DNA of 64,000 nt, from assembly GCA_964304625.1 (NCBI GenBank), contig OZ199838.1:13413945-13477944 (forward strand). Direction: 5' to 3'. Position numbers and translations under genes: made by a program. Positions 49,153 to 60,841 of this stretch are shown here, in pieces (positions within the stretch are counted from its first letter, which is position 1; each line of letters starts with the position of its first letter). The notes under the pieces were generated by a model. The model was given only the letters and a program-made list of their open reading frames with translations. It searched no databases and was not told where the DNA came from. The stretch is from Kudoa neothunni. Lineage: Eukaryota; Animalia; Cnidaria.

Positions 49153-52100
49153 CTTGCCAAAATAAACTATTACCCTACATAGAGTGTTGTTTGAATGGTT
49201 ATTTTTGTTATTTTTTGCTGGACACAGGCGCAAATGTTTCATTAATTCATAACAAGTGGATCAAAACTGCCAAGCCTAACTATGATAATGTTGAGTGCAC
49301 GAATGGAACAAATTTACTTATCTCTGGTGTGGTATCCCAAACTTTTAAAATTGATAATAAAAATTTCAACCATACATTCTTATGCTCCAAAGACCTTAAA
49401 TACGATGGTATTCTTGGATATGATTTCGTGAGCAAGGTACGTGCTACAATTGACACCAATACATCTACATTTAATATTGATGGATGGAGCGCACCCCTCA
49501 TCTTGGCTAATAAAAGCTATGGCGCTAATTACAACAATGGCATTTTGTTAGAGGAAACTCAATTAGTTAAATTCTTGGAGGGATATTCTGAGGTCTTTGC
49601 CGACGATGATTATTCGCTTGGATCAACCTCAGTAATTTCTCATAGAATTAATACGAACTCTGATCCTATACGTCAACCTCCTAGAAGAATTCCCACTGCA
49701 CTCCGCCAGGTTGTAAAAGAAAATATTGATAAAATGTTAAAAATGGGGATAATATCCCACAGTGATAGCCCCTGGTCTTCACCGATTGTCATGGTGAAGA
49801 AAAAGGATGGATCGCATAGATTCTGCGTCGACTATCGGAAACTAAATGCAAATGTTGAAATAGACCCATACCCCCTCCCAAGAATTGACGACACCCTGCA
49901 AAGCTTGGCCGGTTCTTCGGTATTTTCGACGCTAGACCTTAAATCGGGCTATTGGCAGATAGAGATGTCACCCCACGATAGGAAGAAAACGGCCTTTATA
50001 ACACCGTTTGGATTATACGAATTTAATGTTATGCCGTTTGGTCTAAATAACGCCCCTGCAACATTCCAAAGAGCAATGGCAACTATACTCAGGAACTGTG
50101 TGGGAAGAAATTGCTTAATATATTTGGACGATATTATTGTATTCTCTAACTCTAGAAATCAACATCTAAAGGATCTTACAGAGATACTCAATAAACTTAA
50201 GGCTAATGGCCTAAAACTTCATAGAAAAAAATGCAAATTCTTCCAAACGAATGTTAAATTTCTTGGTCATGTGATATCCTCTGAAGGAATCAAAGTAGAC
50301 GATAGTAAAATCAAAGCAATCTTGCAATATCCTTTACCCACAAACGAGAAGGAACTCCGCCGCTTCCTTGGCTTGGCAAATTATTACAGGACATTCATCA
50401 AAAACTTCTCACAGATATCTGAACCCTTGTATAAATTAACAAGCAAGAACACAAAGTTTATTTGGAATAGCGATTGTCAAAAATCTTTCAAGACTGTTCT
50501 ACAGAAACTATCATCAGCCCCAATATTGGCATATCCTGACTACTCCAAACCGTTTTGCCTAACCACAGACGCTTCGAACGTAGCAGTTGGTGCCATATTG
50601 AGTCAAGACATTCCCGGTACAGGTGGCGTTATTGCATACTTCAGTCGGACATTAACCAAAGCAGAGAGAAACTACTCCACCTTTGACAAGGAAGCATTGG
50701 CAATCGTATCAGCGATAAAAGAATTTCGACACCACCTGTATGGGCGAAGCTTCAACATTTACACAGATCACAATCCTCTGTGCTACTTGAACAGTTTGAA
50801 GGACTCTCACGGCAGGATAGCAAGGTGGTTAACGTTCTTGCAAGACTTCGATTTCAAGATCCACTACAAACGAGGAAGCATAAATACAAATGCTGACGCA
50901 ATGTCCAGAATAGAAACAACAATCAATTCTTTGGAAATCAACACTACAGTACTGGAAGAACTTAAAAAAAACACTTATAGTGATGCCTACCTTGAAGGCT
51001 ACAGAAAGCGGATTTTGAAGAATGGTGGCATGTATAAAACCAAAAGAGGAAGTTTTTCAATTCTGGAGAATGGCCTAATATGTCGAGAATACGCCCTTAA
51101 TGGAGAGAAATATCATCAGATTTGTATCCCAGAAAAATTACGTAACCTTTGCCTCAGTGAAATGCATGATCAAATGTTCCACCCTGGTTGTTTCAAAACT
51201 TTCGATAATGTTAGAACAAGATATTATTGGCCAGGATATTACATCCAAACAAATAAATATGTCTCCGAGTGCACAATTTGTCAAAAACACCGAAACTCGT
51301 CGGCCGCAAAACCGCCATTGGAACATTTCAAGCCTTCCCGTCCCTTCGATATTATACAATGCGACGTGGTTGGACCACTTGAAACTACTGTGAGAGGTAA
51401 CAAATACATCCTAGTTATAACTGATATATTTTCCAAATGGGTCGAAGCGTTCCCTCTGCCAGCAGTGACGTCCCGAGATTTTGTTGATATTTTAGTGAAC
51501 CATATCGTAAGCAGATTTGGGATCCCCCGACAAATCCACACCGACCAAGGTACCAACTTCACCTCGAAAATAGTAGATGAATTCTGTCAGAATATGAATA
51601 TAGCCAAAACAAGAACGACAAGTTACCACCCGGAAGGAAATGGAGTCGTAGAAAGATTCAACAGGACTCTAAAAGAGATGCTAAAAAAATGTTGCAACGC
51701 GGAGGAAAATTGGGATTTATACTTACCATTTTTACTGCTAGTATACCGAAATACCACCCATGAGACGATCCGTTGTAGTCCCTCTGAAATCCTTTTTGGA
51801 CGACGACTACCTATGCCGTGTGACCATTTTGAAGAACTACACAATTCCGAACACTCCAACATGTCGCAATATATAAGTAACGCCCGGAAACAAATCAAAA
51901 AATTTTGGTCGTCTTCTAAAAAAAATATGGAAAAGTCATTCAAAAAAATGGAAAGATACCACAAACATGGGAATTATGATCCAATCACACCAGGAAACTT
52001 TGCATGGCTGAATAATCCAATCAAACACTCCTCTAAATTTAGTCATAATTGGTCAGGCCCCTATAAAATCATTTCGTGCCGAAGACAAGTATATACGATC

Positions 52101-52421
52101 GAGGATATAAATAAAAAAAGACTCACAGTGAATAGAAGCAGACTCCGAGAATTTAGAAATCCATCTGCAGACGTATCGTATCAACCATGCAAACCTACCA
52201 TCAGCCAACCCACAATTGTGCAGGGTATTAATGACGACTCCGGAGATGTTTTCATCAGACTTGACGAGAATACGTGGAATAATGATACCAGCGGCAGTCA
52301 TGGAACTAACCAGCAAATAACGCCCGTGCCTACCCAAAGTCATGAACGCCCGACCAGATCAAAGAAACCTCCAAGCTGGTTGTCTGATTTCCGCCATAAT
52401 CTTATGGGGGGAGGTGTGTAA
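49092..52421 (+). CDS. pol: Pol polyprotein (PR-RT-RNase H-IN), expected as a Gag-Pol fusion
   Basis: LLDTGA protease, YLDD RT, TDAS/EALA/TDH RNase H, and HHCC plus D-D-E integrase motifs in Ty3/Gypsy order. Confidence 0.96.
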   Translation: MSFKREKVARAGKKLATSLLTCQNKLLPYIECCLNGYFCYFLLDTGANVSLIHNKWIKTAKPNYDNVECTNGTNLLISGVVSQTFKIDNKNFNHTFLCSKDLKYDGILGYDFVSKVRATIDTNTSTFNIDGWSAPLILANKSYGANYNNGILLEETQLVKFLEGYSEVFADDDYSLGSTSVISHRINTNSDPIRQPPRRIPTALRQVVKENIDKMLKMGIISHSDSPWSSPIVMVKKKDGSHRFCVDYRKLNANVEIDPYPLPRIDDTLQSLAGSSVFSTLDLKSGYWQIEMSPHDRKKTAFITPFGLYEFNVMPFGLNNAPATFQRAMATILRNCVGRNCLIYLDDIIVFSNSRNQHLKDLTEILNKLKANGLKLHRKKCKFFQTNVKFLGHVISSEGIKVDDSKIKAILQYPLPTNEKELRRFLGLANYYRTFIKNFSQISEPLYKLTSKNTKFIWNSDCQKSFKTVLQKLSSAPILAYPDYSKPFCLTTDASNVAVGAILSQDIPGTGGVIAYFSRTLTKAERNYSTFDKEALAIVSAIKEFRHHLYGRSFNIYTDHNPLCYLNSLKDSHGRIARWLTFLQDFDFKIHYKRGSINTNADAMSRIETTINSLEINTTVLEELKKNTYSDAYLEGYRKRILKNGGMYKTKRGSFSILENGLICREYALNGEKYHQICIPEKLRNLCLSEMHDQMFHPGCFKTFDNVRTRYYWPGYYIQTNKYVSECTICQKHRNSSAAKPPLEHFKPSRPFDIIQCDVVGPLETTVRGNKYILVITDIFSKWVEAFPLPAVTSRDFVDILVNHIVSRFGIPRQIHTDQGTNFTSKIVDEFCQNMNIAKTRTTSYHPEGNGVVERFNRTLKEMLKKCCNAEENWDLYLPFLLLVYRNTTHETIRCSPSEILFGRRLPMPCDHFEELHNSEHSNMSQYISNARKQIKKFWSSSKKNMEKSFKKMERYHKHGNYDPITPGNFAWLNNPIKHSSKFSHNWSGPYKIISCRRQVYTIEDINKKRLTVNRSRLREFRNPSADVSYQPCKPTISQPTIVQGINDDSGDVFIRLDENTWNNDTSGSHGTNQQITPVPTQSHERPTRSKKPPSWLSDFRHNLMGGGV
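49098..49158 (+). promoter_or_regulatory. -1 programmed ribosomal frameshift signal (slippery heptamer plus H-type pseudoknot)
   Basis: T TTA AAC at 49098-49104 in the gag frame, a 6-nt spacer, stem 1 AGGTTGCGAG / CTCGCAACCT and stem 2 GGCAAG / CTTGCC. pol lies in the -1 frame. Confidence 0.88.
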
Positions 52422-52545
52422 CACGGATTAACATTGTTAATCCATGTTATCAGAATAACATACATAGGCTGCCGTAAGGCGGCCTTAGCGTTCGGATAGT
52501 TTAGTTATTGTCCTTTTGTTGAACGTGGACTTTCTTGGCGTTACA
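52417..52545 (+). repeat. 3' LTR (129 bp)
   Basis: Identical to the 5' LTR, preceded by the PPT and followed by the TSD. Confidence 0.95.
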
Positions 52546-54399
52546 CTTGGACTTTCCGAAGAATACCAAAATGACCTAGATTTTAAAGTTTTCATTAATT
52601 GCGTTATGTCACTCGCGTTTGTTCCTGAAGAATTTGTTGAAGCTGGATTCAATAAATTGTGTACTGCTGCTGAAAGATTTCAGAATCCTAATCTTCAATT
52701 ATTCTTAATCTACTTTGAAAAAAACTTTATTAGAAGCATTAAGTATACCACTGAATCATGGAATGCATACCGAAGAGTGATGAACAAGGTAAAAATAACA
52801 TCTAACAACGCAAAAATATTCATTTGTCATTTTTATTCCCGCTTTGACCAATCACATTCATCCAAAATCTGAATGAGCAACAAAGTTTGATTGAACAGGA
52901 AATTATGTATCAACTTTGCAATCCAAATACAACAAATCAGAATAAAAAGATGGAAATAAACATGGAAAAATTGGAGGAGATATGCTCAAACTATAGTTCC
53001 TATCATGCTACATTTTATTTAGAAGCTATATCTAAAACGTATAATTCGAATTTGAAATAAAATTATAGATAGTTTGCATTTTTATCAATAAAAAATCATG
53101 GTCCTGCATTTTTTCGCATTTAGCGCACGCGCTGATAATCTCACCTCCCGCGAAATTTTACCTTTCGGATTCATTAAATCGAAAGAAAGTAAAAGTTAAT
53201 TGTATTGTTATTACTGATTATTGTTGGTCAGGTTCTTCCAAGATTCTATCGGATGACGAATATTTTATTTATCATCAATTTGATCGTCGATTTAGGCTCT
53301 CAGAGATATAAGCATCAAAGAAGTCAATATGTATTTAGTAATTAAACTCACAATCTTCTATATAAAATATTTAAATGCAATCCACATTATTAACATTATC
53401 CATTTGTTGTAGTTACATCAATAACATTAAATATAATAAAAATATTTTCTACATTGTCGCTAAAATATTTTTGAATTTAATCAGAAATTAAAATTCTGCT
53501 CTAATGAAGAAATTTATTCTTTGTTTTTATTATTATCTGTTTTATGCAATAAAATGGAGTTAATTTAACCCTAAAACAATCTCATTGTAAAAGCATACAT
53601 TCATGCGTTAGCATTATAGTTTTTTGATTTACGTACAATGACAAACAATTATGGTTTAAAATCAATGAATCTACTCAGATTAAAATAACAACATGCAATC
53701 ATGTATGACCACCAAAGTACTAGTAAATTTGTGCATGTGGATAGAATTTATAGTTATTAAAATATTTCTATTTTTCTTTATTGACTATTGGTTCAATTTT
53801 TGTTATTTAATACGTTAACCCAGGTTAATTTTTATTAATATAAAAATAGAAAAACGTTGACATCAACTTTTAATTTCGCTCAATTCATTTAACATAAAAA
53901 TCACCGAATAATGATAACACTTTGATTTGAAGATAATGTTATATTTAATGGTGACTAAAATTAATGCACAGTACCCATCGAAAAACTCCATATGGGATTG
54001 AATTTTAGTGCGCAATATCCATTTTCTAGCGGCTGTAAAAAAATTCCTTAAATAAATAATTCAAAATATTTCCTTAATAGCTTAAAAGACTTATAAGATA
54101 GAACTGCACGTTAGAAAACGATAAAATAATGACACAACGAAAAGTGCGTAATATCCACCTTCGCAATAACCGCTGTTGACTGTATTAGGGTTGAAAATTT
54201 ACTGTACGGATTTAACGCAAAAATGGCTCGAGCGCAACGCATAATTTGAACCTTAAAAAAATGATGGATGGAACATCAATTTCAGCGAAACAAATCCACT
54301 TTACACTACCAAAAAATTCGAAATTATAAGGTTTTACGAGTATATATCATACAATAAAGATGCTAAGTTCCAAGCGATGGAAAAATTTGCCAAAAGATA

Positions 54400-55020
54400 G
54401 CACGATAATAAAAAGGTCTAAATGACCGGTTCCATTTTTGTATCATTTTTTGAAAAATAGAATGGGAAACTCACTATTTCTAAGAGAACAAATTTTGTTA
54501 TTTCTAGACTATTCATAAACCAACCAAAAAAATATTTGTCTATTATAACACTGTTACTTTTCTTCGAACACAACCAATGTGCTTCAGCTACTGGATCACG
54601 GAATTGTTGAAGTTTTAAAATGATGCACAAAAGAAATCTAATTACGTCATTTATACATCAGATCGAATTTCAAGATTGTGGCTACATTCTAACTAATGTC
54701 TTAGATGTTATTCATTTGACAATCAAATTACAATAATATATTCAACGAAAACCATAGTTAACTGCTTTAGGAAATCAATTTTCCTCTCCGGAAATGCACT
54801 GAATGATGATTCCGATGATGTTCCTGACGATGAATTTAAACATGACATAATTGAGTCGATTTAACAGGGGAAATCATTAAATTAACAAATGCTATTGATA
54901 AAAACTCTTGAAAGCAATATAGTCGACACCTCTGAAATTTTGACAACACAAGATTTTCCTGATTTCGACATGGATGATGACGACTCTAATTATATCGATG
55001 AAGTTATTATATCAAACCAA
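54400..55020 (+). pseudogene. pogo/Tigger transposase relic
   Basis: About 54565-54620 translates SNTTNVLQLLDHGIVEVLK (DDE_1 P.NTT..LQP.D.G motif), followed by an acidic tail. Confidence 0.55.
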
Positions 55021-55950
55021 GAGTAATTATATTAATTGGAAATAGTTAGAAAACCCTGTCTATGTAAAATTTTGTCAATACTCGACAATATACACCGAAC
55101 TTAAAATGGCTGACTCAATATTTCAACAATTTTTTTCAGAACAACAAATATAGAAAGGCATTTTAATAAAAAAGGTATACAAATTAATTTTTGCTTATAA
55201 TTAAATTATTATTGATTATATTATCGATAGAAAACTGTTCTTTCCCCCAACGCATGCGCTATTCGAATGTGTCCAGCGGGAAAATGGATGCAACGCAGTG
55301 GTTTTCATCTTCCTAATTTCTGTGTTGCATCGATACACTACTGTATTTCTGGCCCGCCGTTTCGCTCTTTAGGAGCCAGGAATAATCAAATATAATCAAA
55401 GCTAATGACACTTTAAAATCACATACCGCACCAATAGTCCTTTTTCGTTCCAAAATATGAGTATCAAAATGTCGACATTCCTAATTTGCGAATGATGAGA
55501 TATAAAATCGATTGCTATAACAAACAGTTTTTATATGTATTTTAATATTTTCTTAATCCACAAACAAACATTTAAATCGCATTATTGTTATATTTATTAC
55601 ATTTTTAAATATTTATTAATTCTACATCACGAAATACAATTTCCTCATTAAATGCTATTATTTTGAATTTGATGTGATTGGAAACTTTAATGAGTTTAAA
55701 AAAGCCATAAACCTTTATAACTTACTATAATATATTCCAAGGCTCCAACATAGGCAAAAAACATTAAACGTATTGCTGTCACATACCTTATACCTTAGCA
55801 TGCATTTTAATTACCGAGGAGAACATTCGACAAAATACAAAATTTTACATAAAAATCCATGCGCCAAATCATAAACACAAATTGTGTAACACAATTGTAA
55901 AACTAAACTCCTATAACAGTGGTTGCATAGTTAAAATTTTGCTTCAATTA

Positions 55951-58900
55951 TCATTCATATGAAGGCAGCAAATTCACATTGCATGCGTTTCGTATACAAG
56001 CAACAAAAAATTGAGAAGTGAAGGGGCACATCTCTATGGCGGTAGCATATATACTACAATTGGTTGAAGAGGTAGACGTTAAACCCGACCCTGATCTATG
56101 ATTTTCGAGGTTCTCAATGGTAATTTTAACATAACTGTCATCTGAAGAATTATTTGTTTCACACCAACTATTCAATAGTTTAACTAGATGAGGAACAAGA
56201 CCCTCACTGAAAATCGAGGGACAATGATGGGACAATATGCATAAGCATTGGACTAAGTCGCTTTTGTCGAATGAATTTTCAACAGATGATTTTAATAATG
56301 TAACCAAGTGATCTTCACTGGTGACTGAGAGCAAGAATTGAGTGTTGTTATGATGTGTTTCGTCATATTCCTCACCATGCACACTCACTTGCTTCAAATC
56401 TTCCCTCAGACATACAAGTAATTCATCGGTGTTTGGTAGTACAATAAACTCTGAGAGTAAATAGCAATTAGCAGCGTTGCTTAAAACGATATTAGCTATT
56501 TTGTTTTCCATTATAAAATCTAAAAAATTCTCAGTTAAATAAATGAATCGATATACATAAGCATAATTACTTCTAATTTCGTTGTAATGAGCAACACTGT
56601 CAGAATGTTTGCATTTAAAAAGTAGAGCTAAAATTCTGCCCAAATATTTGGCTTCGGATGTAGAGGGTTTAGTTGTGGTAAGCAACTGAGTCCAATAATC
56701 CAATATAGAACGAACAGTCCTAGGTTCGATAGAGATTTGGGCAAATTTGGTGGACAGAACGAGAGCAAGCAACTCAGTATGCAAATACCTACACCGATCC
56801 ACATACAACTCCACACTCACAATGACATTTAGGTTACCTTCTTTCCATGTGAGTCACGCTACCAAAGTAAGTCACTAGGTCGACAACTGTTTTGTTGAGA
56901 AACGCAATGGATTGATTGTCGAAAGAGTGTTGTATCAGTAGATAAAGACAATAGTTGGTGAGTTGAATAACTTTGGCTGAACTTTGAGGATCGATCAGAT
57001 ACTTCACGAAAGTATTCTGTAGCAGTTGTAAGATTGGTCTTACATGCTGATTTAGTCTTTGTATGAGATAGCAAAAAATCTTTGTGATGTCATATCTGAG
57101 CGAATCCTCGCATATACTTCCTAGGTGACGAAGTAAGGGGCCACACAATGTTATGACATGAGGTTTGAGTGCATCACTCTCGGCCCAAACAACAAAACAC
57201 TTGAGTAATTGAAGAGTGTTTATTCTGGTGGTTGGATCAGTTGTCACAAGCCAAACACGTAGAAGTGATGCCACACTTTTAATATTTGGAATTAGATGAC
57301 ATATTTTTACATTCACATTGGAATTGTTTTCAATTAGGTCGAAACGAGAAATGATACGTTTGAACACAGATGTTTGGGTACAATCCAATAAATATCTAGC
57401 TATCAACTCGTTGAATGCAGCACAAGCAACTGCCGAATCCTCTTTGGCATATAAACAAAGTGTGGCTGTCAACAACGATTCCAACAGCGAATGAATCGAA
57501 CCAACGTCTGTTAGGGTGGTATTGAGCACTAGAAGATGTGCCAGTTTGATAGAACTTGCAAAGGAAAACGTTGAGGAATCTATTTTTCGTAATGGGTTAT
57601 GGTCTTTTGTGATAGCAATAATGTCGATGTGTTCAATCAAGTAGGTGACAACGTGAGGTTTAAGCCCGTCTGGCATGGTTTTCAAAAAGGTGCCACAATT
57701 TTCGAGTTCCAACTAAATTCAAATGTTACACAGTAAATAGACACAGAAACTAATCAACAAGGTAACACTTACTGTATTGGCAGCATAACATTTGATAAGA
57801 TAAGAAAGTGCATAATGAAGAGTATTGAGTGAGGTTGAATCCAATTTGGAACACATTTCGGCAATAGCCTTCACTGTGAACCTTTCAGGAATATCTCTTA
57901 ATAACTAAAATAATTTTGTCAGTGAGAAAATCAAATAGATAAACACAAATTTTGATTACATATGAAAAGATAACACGATATGAATTTGAATTGTTCAACT
58001 TGAGTAGGTTGTTCATGATCAAAATGGACTGATCGGAAGTGAGAGTGGGCGGAAATACCACTTCAATAATCTGATGCATAATTTTATGAAAATCTTGAAC
58101 GTTCAAGTGTTTCGACAGGTTGACTAGTGTTTGAGCGGCAGCTTGGCAAACTTCCACGCAAACATCTTGCAAACATCTCGATATTACTTCACTGATTACC
58201 GACTGATATTTTGTTAACAATTTACGATCCATCTCACCAAAAGTTAAATCCATCAACGAACAGCAACCCGCACGTTGAACGCTATCAGATGAGCCAAGAT
58301 GTTGATCGATTAACTTGGTCACTTGGACGATAGTGCGTTCACCGAGTTTGCTGTAACTGTCAGCAAATGCTGCCTCAGCCATGCAAACGAGCTCTGGATG
58401 TGGTTTACAGAGGAAGTCAAATATAGTGGACAGAAAAAGTGGCTGGAATTCCTTAATGGCGCGTGCTGCATTACTCACCAGCCTATGCCATACATGAGTG
58501 GAGGTTTGACGAGCGGTTAGGTTTCCATCAAATCTATTTATATACACAAGCACCGTAAGATGGTGATATTCTTGAGTTGTGATACTATCGATAAGTGTCT
58601 AAAAATTAAAAAGAAGTGAATGGCATACAAACACCCACATAATAGAACAAATACCTTGAGATAGACAACGTCGGATTCCTCGTTGGATAGATCTTCAGTT
58701 GTTATCTCGGTGCTGTCATTCACGTACATAGATGTCGTATCCAGCTTAACGTCACTAAACAACACCTCAATAAGAAGTTGTAAAGCTCCAAGACGACATC
58801 TCCAATTGTTGCTCTATAGAATAAGAAATATCTAAACTAAGAGAATACAAACACACCCGATAAAATACTTCAAGTGATTCGATAATAAGCGGTGTTAATA

Positions 58901-59899
58901 GCGGGAAACAATAATGGGAATAATGTTTCAACAAATTTCGAGTTGCTTGAATACTTGAGTGGCGTACAATTTGATTATCATCAGTAAATCCCTATGAGAA
59001 AACGCGTTAAACAATCAGATTCAAGAAACCCCATTCATACTCGTATAATACAACCAAGTATGCGATGAACATGTGGCTTAAATTTTTCTTTCATTATCAC
59101 CGGGAAAAATACACACAACTGAATATAACCATCTCTGACGTAAAATGGAATTTTTTCAGATTTTGATTTGATGTGAATTTCATCAACAAACATTTTGAGC
59201 AGCTGATCATCATTTCGATTGATAATCTCAACCAACGCTTGTGCAGCCCCTGCTCGCACTCTGATAATATCATGATGATGGAGTTGACTCCTCAACCAAG
59301 GAATCACTTCAGATGATTTAGATCTAGGTAATGTGCTGAAGATTTCTCCTAAACAATGAGCAGATATGGATCTGATTTCTGGTGATTGATCAACAATTAA
59401 ATCTTGAATGTAGGGATACATCTCCTCCAAATAAACAGTCACATCCTTAACATTAAAGCTCAATATAATAAACTATAATCAAATTAATTTAAAGTTACAT
59501 CTTTATCAGCGATCATCGGCAAATAAGGCACAATTTCAAAGACCATACGTTTGATATTGGATGAAGGTTGATTTAACGCTGCTCTCAGAATACACACAAC
59601 AAGCGATAGTGAAGGATGATCCAATGAATGTGAGAACGAAAGTTGAAGAAAATTCTCCAAAAATTTTCCAACATTTTTTGATGGCTCAACAAACGTACCA
59701 ATCATCAATTTTTTCAGAGGTTCGAGTTCAGGAATTTTTATGACGGTCATAATTTGGGTTAGGGTTTGTTGCGAAGTGTCCACCACCTTGTAATGTGGAT
59801 CAGATAGTCTCTCAACAACCAAAGGAATAATTTTCGGTAGGTACGAAGCGACTTGTTTTGGCGCACAGTAAACTATTCCACTTATCGCGTCCAGAGCAC
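55951..59899 (-). CDS. GCN1: GCN1 (eIF2-alpha kinase activator), 3' part; the 5' exons lie beyond the window
   Basis: HEAT-repeat exons collinear with GCN1: YCAPKQVASYLPKIIP.VVERLSDPHYKV, HSLDHPSLSL, PEIRSISAHCLG, RAGAAQAL.EI, YVRDGYIQL, WRCRLGALQLL, HVWHRLVSNAARAIKE, VITLCGPLLR. Short GT-AG introns, for example 59498-59446 and 59040-58992. Confidence 0.9.
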
Positions 59900-60841
59900 C
59901 TTAATAAATAAGTTAGTTGATTGTAAAAACAAATTTCTATGATTGAAATATACTAAACATATATAAAAATTTAAACTAAAAAAATATTTTAATCTATTTT
60001 TCAAAATACAACTTGACGCTGTTCTATTAGCATATTAAAATTTTATATTAAGTACCAAAAAAGTGAAACTAGAAGTCATTTATTAAACTAAAACATTATT
60101 GTTAAATCTGCCTAATCTATCGTCTTACTAGTTGTTTAATTTATAGCTAGGTTTGTAACTTGTAAATGTAATATATTGTAGACAGTTTTTATTGCAACGG
60201 ATCCGTTTACTCCATTTGCTCGGACTTTCTATTGCAGCGGGAGGAAATTACTCCTTAACTAACATGTTTAGAAAAATTTCAACTTCATTTTCCTAATAAA
60301 TGATTTTTTGGCTAAAAAGATTAACTATTATAAAAGAAATCCAAAACAACAAATTTTCTTGTTTTACGGTAATGAATTCAGTAGTTAAAATTATTTTTAA
60401 ATCCTTCATCAGCAATTTCTAATTTATAAACGTAATTATATTTGTCCCAATTCTGAGTAATATGGATAATTTAAAGTGAAATATCAAAAATTACTAATGT
60501 AAATTTGTTGGGGTTTGCATGATTCAAACAACGCTCTAACTCCTAAGATGATAAATAGTGCACTGTTTACATAACCCCTAAAATGTTATATTTTTACTTT
60601 TGCGAGTCTAATATTCTAAATATTAAATGATCTATCTTTTCGCTATATAACGATATATTATTTTTATCATACTGCAATTTATTTGGCTATTAGTAACATA
60701 AAGGGAATTGTTTATTTCCACTGAGAATCGTTATTTCACGCATCTAATTAATTTTTTAATTCTCATTTTTTTCTCGTTATAGAGATACCAACAACGGTTA
60801 ATGTAGACCCCCTAGGACGCTTAGCGCTCTTTACTTTAGAT

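Larger units (their letters stand above)
48209..52545 (+). mobile_element. Intact Ty3/Gypsy LTR retrotransposon (4,337 bp)
   Basis: Identical TG...CA LTRs, 5-bp TSD CTTGG (48204-48208 / 52546-52550), PBS-like TGGTGACAG at 48340, PPT GGGGGGAGG at 52406-52414, and uninterrupted gag and pol. Confidence 0.97.
46024..53060 (+). pseudogene. MULE transposase with a FLYWCH domain, split by piggyBac-like and Gypsy insertions
   Basis: YWRCQIRSCKGRL (46024-46150), HDH and WVADGTF...FFQLYTIHG...IDFE...CLFHFGQC (47541-48208). It rejoins across the CTTGG TSD into LSEEYQND...LAFVP...TSNNA (52551 onward). Confidence 0.85.

Noticed and set aside
48394-52343. Antisense ORFs within gag and pol (and similar shadows over MYST, Merlin, Tigger and GCN1)
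   Set aside because: Shadow frames of real coding sequence with no motifs of their own.
52516-52872. 118-aa ORF as an independent gene
   Set aside because: It is a chimera of the 3' LTR end and the interrupted MULE transposase.
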